Source: an uncultured Gammaproteobacteria bacterium (GTDB lineage: Bacteria; Patescibacteriota; Microgenomatia; UBA10105; UBA927). From it: a DNA stretch of 64,000 nt. The position numbers were made by a program, and so were the translations under genes. Below, piece after piece: positions 61,834-64,000 of this stretch. The notes beneath the pieces are model-generated. The model saw only the letters and a list, made by a program, of their open reading frames with translations, was not told the origin of the DNA and did not search any database. Within the stretch, counting starts at the first letter, position 1. Each line of letters begins with the position of its first letter. The stretch covers positions 16,218 to 80,217 of the forward strand of contig CAYMYO010000003.1 in NCBI GenBank assembly GCA_964394685.1, given 5' to 3'.

Positions 61834-63615
61834 ATGGGTGATGCAGATGAAGTAAAAGCAAAATTAAATATCATCGATGTTATCGGTGAAAAAGTACCAC
61901 TCAAGAAAGCTGGCCGTAACTTCAAAGGACTGTGTCCGTTCCATAACGAAAAAACTCCATCGTTTATGGTATCCCCAGAGAGACAAGTATTCCATTGTTT
62001 TGGGTGCGGCAAAGGCGGATCAGTTATTGATTTTGTCATGGAATACGAACATATGGAGTTTCCGGAAGCACTTGAGGAACTAGCTGAGCGCGCGGGAGTA
62101 ACCTTAACAAAAAGGAAATCAGATTCACCCGAGCGAAAATTAAAAGATACACTGTTTGAAATCAACCACCTTGCGAGTGAATTTTATCACTATATATTAA
62201 CCAAACACCACTTAGGAGAAAAAGCGCTCCTGTATCTTCGAAACCGTGGAATCACAGACAAATCGATCCGCACGTTTTCTTTAGGGTACAGTCCGAATAC
62301 ATGGGAATCGTTGTATCAATTTTTAAAAAAGAAACAGTATGACGACACGATGATAGAAAAAGCAGGGTTAGTGCTTCGTGGAAATCGTGGGATGTATGAC
62401 CGATTCCGCGGACGGCTCATGTTTACACTTCGAGATCACAAAGGAAACATCGTCGGTTTTTCAGGACGAGTACTAGATCCAACAATTAAGGAAGCAAAAT
62501 ACATTAATACTTCTGAGACACCAGTCTATAGTAAAAGCAATGTTCTTTATGGTCTCGACGTGACGCACGATGCAATTGTCAAAGCAGGGGAGGCAATTCT
62601 CATGGAGGGTGAAATTGATGTGATTTCCTCTTTTCAGGTGGGCGTATCAAATGTAGTTGCTATTAAAGGCTCAGCTCTTACAGAAGGACATGTTCATCTC
62701 CTTAAACGTTATACAGAGCGCGTTATCTTTGCCCTTGACGCTGACATGGCAGGCGATAAGGCAGCCAGACGTGGCATTGACGTCGGAGAGGGAGTGGGAC
62801 TGGATATGCGGGTTGCTATTATGCCGATTGGAAAAGATCCTGATGAAGCAGCGCGGGAAGATGAGGTGGGACTTAAACATGCATTAAAAAACGCAATTCC
62901 TATTTATGATTACTTTATAGAGTCTGCAAAAAAACGATTTGATCTCACCAGCGCGTTTGGAAAACAAAAAGCGAGTGAAGAGCTTCTTCCCATCTTATCC
63001 AAAATTGAAAATGGCATCGTGCAGGGTCACTATATTAAAAAAACTGCAGAAGTATTTGGCGTATCTGAAGAAACGGTCGTTGATGGAATCAAAAAGGTAA
63101 AACGCCCCATAGAAATGGTTCGCGGAAAAACTGTCGATAGGAACAAATCAAGTTTCGCCATTTCAGGACCGGAACGATTTGAGTTATACACATTGGGACT
63201 TCTTTTACAACGTGATACAAAAAAATTGTATGCTGATATCTTACAAGTGGTGACAATAGCTTCTTTGAAACATATGGGAGTGCGCCGAGTCATGGAACAA
63301 ATAGATTCGTATCTTAAACAAGATGCTGCGTTTGTGGTTTCAGAGTTTGCCGAAACGCTTCCAAAAGAGCTGCTTCCAGTTCTTGATGAAGCATATTTAT
63401 GGGACATATCGACCATTGTTGATGATCCGGACGCGTATCAAAAAGAATGGAGTAAAACCCTCAAGGAAGTACAAAAAAGCATCATCAGGCGTTGCATGCG
63501 TGATGTAACGGAAAAGATAAAATCAAGTAAAGATGAGGATACGGAAACCCTTCAACAAGAGCTTGTAAAGCTTACTGTTGCATTTACCGCTCTAGAAAAA
63601 CAAGAGCGAAGCTGA
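61834..63615 (+). CDS. dnaG: DNA primase
   Basis: CHC2 zinc finger CPFHNEKTPSFMVSPERQVFHCFGCGKGG. TOPRIM region EGEIDVIS...DADMAGDKAA. 593 aa. Confidence 0.85.
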   Translation: MGDADEVKAKLNIIDVIGEKVPLKKAGRNFKGLCPFHNEKTPSFMVSPERQVFHCFGCGKGGSVIDFVMEYEHMEFPEALEELAERAGVTLTKRKSDSPERKLKDTLFEINHLASEFYHYILTKHHLGEKALLYLRNRGITDKSIRTFSLGYSPNTWESLYQFLKKKQYDDTMIEKAGLVLRGNRGMYDRFRGRLMFTLRDHKGNIVGFSGRVLDPTIKEAKYINTSETPVYSKSNVLYGLDVTHDAIVKAGEAILMEGEIDVISSFQVGVSNVVAIKGSALTEGHVHLLKRYTERVIFALDADMAGDKAARRGIDVGEGVGLDMRVAIMPIGKDPDEAAREDEVGLKHALKNAIPIYDYFIESAKKRFDLTSAFGKQKASEELLPILSKIENGIVQGHYIKKTAEVFGVSEETVVDGIKKVKRPIEMVRGKTVDRNKSSFAISGPERFELYTLGLLLQRDTKKLYADILQVVTIASLKHMGVRRVMEQIDSYLKQDAAFVVSEFAETLPKELLPVLDEAYLWDISTIVDDPDAYQKEWSKTLKEVQKSIIRRCMRDVTEKIKSSKDEDTETLQQELVKLTVAFTALEKQERS

Positions 63616-63621
63616 TATACT

Positions 63622-64000
63622 ATGGCTGTTCAATCGAAGTCATTTGTCTCGGCTTATGGGACAAAGACTCACGGTACATATATGGCAAAAACAAAACCTA
63701 TCAGCAGCGTTGATGAACTTCTCAAAGAAGGGAAAGAAAACGGCTTTATTTCCCAAGAAGATATTCTTTATCTTTTCCCAAAACCTGAAGACCACATCAT
63801 TGAAATTGATCTTTTGTACGATAAACTCATTCGGTCCGGTATCGATGTATTTGAAACCACATCCGCAGATGTGGAAAAAGAAGCGGGAAAAAGCATTGAG
63901 GAGTTAGAAAAGGAGATTGAGGCGCTTGCGTCATCAAGCGCAGAACCCGTATCAGATCCCGTCCGGATGTATTTAAAAGAAATTGGCCGTATACCGCTTC
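63622..64000 (+). CDS. rpoD: RNA polymerase sigma factor RpoD (5' partial, runs off the window end)
   Basis: Translation from the ATG at 63622 gives ...GFISQEDILYLFPKPEDHIIEIDLLYDKLIRSGIDVFE...DPVRMYLKEIGRIPL (region 1.1/1.2). The DPVRMYL motif is diagnostic. The ORF track's 63644-63907 ORF is in a different, spurious frame. Confidence 0.75.
   Translation, partial: MAVQSKSFVSAYGTKTHGTYMAKTKPISSVDELLKEGKENGFISQEDILYLFPKPEDHIIEIDLLYDKLIRSGIDVFETTSADVEKEAGKSIEELEKEIEALASSSAEPVSDPVRMYLKEIGRIPL

Noticed and set aside
63644-63907. 87-aa ORF listed in the ORF track at the end of the window
   Set aside because: Wrong frame. The frame starting at the ATG at 63622 encodes recognisable RpoD region 1 (…DPVRMYLKEIGRIPL) and runs off the window, so the listed ORF is an out-of-frame artefact.
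1-64000. Searched for rRNA genes, transposase/IS elements and prophage structural genes
   Set aside because: No 16S/23S/5S-like sequence, no DDE/HUH transposase motifs and no capsid, terminase or portal-like ORFs were recognised. The homing-endonuclease-type genes and the cassette repeats are the only mobile-element-like signals.

Overview
This 64-kb window is a low-GC bacterial chromosomal segment that spans the replication origin and carries several accessory loci alongside core genes. It is compactly coded, with many 4-nt start/stop overlaps. The overall gene content (VirB2-type pilin paralog arrays, compact proteins) fits a small-genome, possibly Patescibacteria/CPR-like lineage, but that is inference only.

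In order:
1. Cell-surface glycan genes (GT2, Wzy/O-antigen-ligase-like, GT4, SAM methyltransferase).
2. dnaA and dnaN, with DnaA boxes both in the dnaA promoter and in the dnaA-dnaN spacer, which is the likely oriC.
3. A type IV secretion-like operon (VirB4-like ATPase, membrane protein with C-terminal M23 peptidase, Pro-rich membrane protein) and a divergent VirD4/TraG-like coupling ATPase.
4. nadD and nadE, split by a four-helix-bundle gene flanked by inverted repeats.
5. A repeat-delimited cassette array carrying HEPN-MNT and Fic genes.
6. A 984-aa orphan protein, a VirB6/TrbL-like membrane protein, and six tandem VirB2/T4SS-pilin paralogs divergent from an ECF sigma/anti-sigma pair; two further pilin-domain genes lie later in the window.
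7. A near-complete MEP isoprenoid operon (ispH-dxr-ispD-ispF-ispE-ispG-idi-uppS).
8. A SpoIID-like gene with an octanucleotide tandem repeat in its 5' coding region.
9. smpB with an adjacent tmRNA.
10. A tRNA cluster holding all four tRNA-Ser isoacceptors and two tRNA-Arg, interleaved with two paralogous GIY-YIG genes, a LAGLIDADG endonuclease, comF and others.
11. Next to tRNA-Ser(GGA), a defence island: a 5-gene operon (PLD/HKD nuclease fused to a TaqI_C-like domain with no methyltransferase, Shedu-like DUF4263, Cas4-like PD-(D/E)xK nuclease, AlbA_2/Schlafen-like protein, hypothetical), then DUF2726 and an RNaseH-PIF1 helicase fusion.
12. Finally VOC, surE, HD, NUDIX, dnaG and the start of rpoD.

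No rRNA genes, CRISPR arrays or recognisable transposases/integrases were seen.
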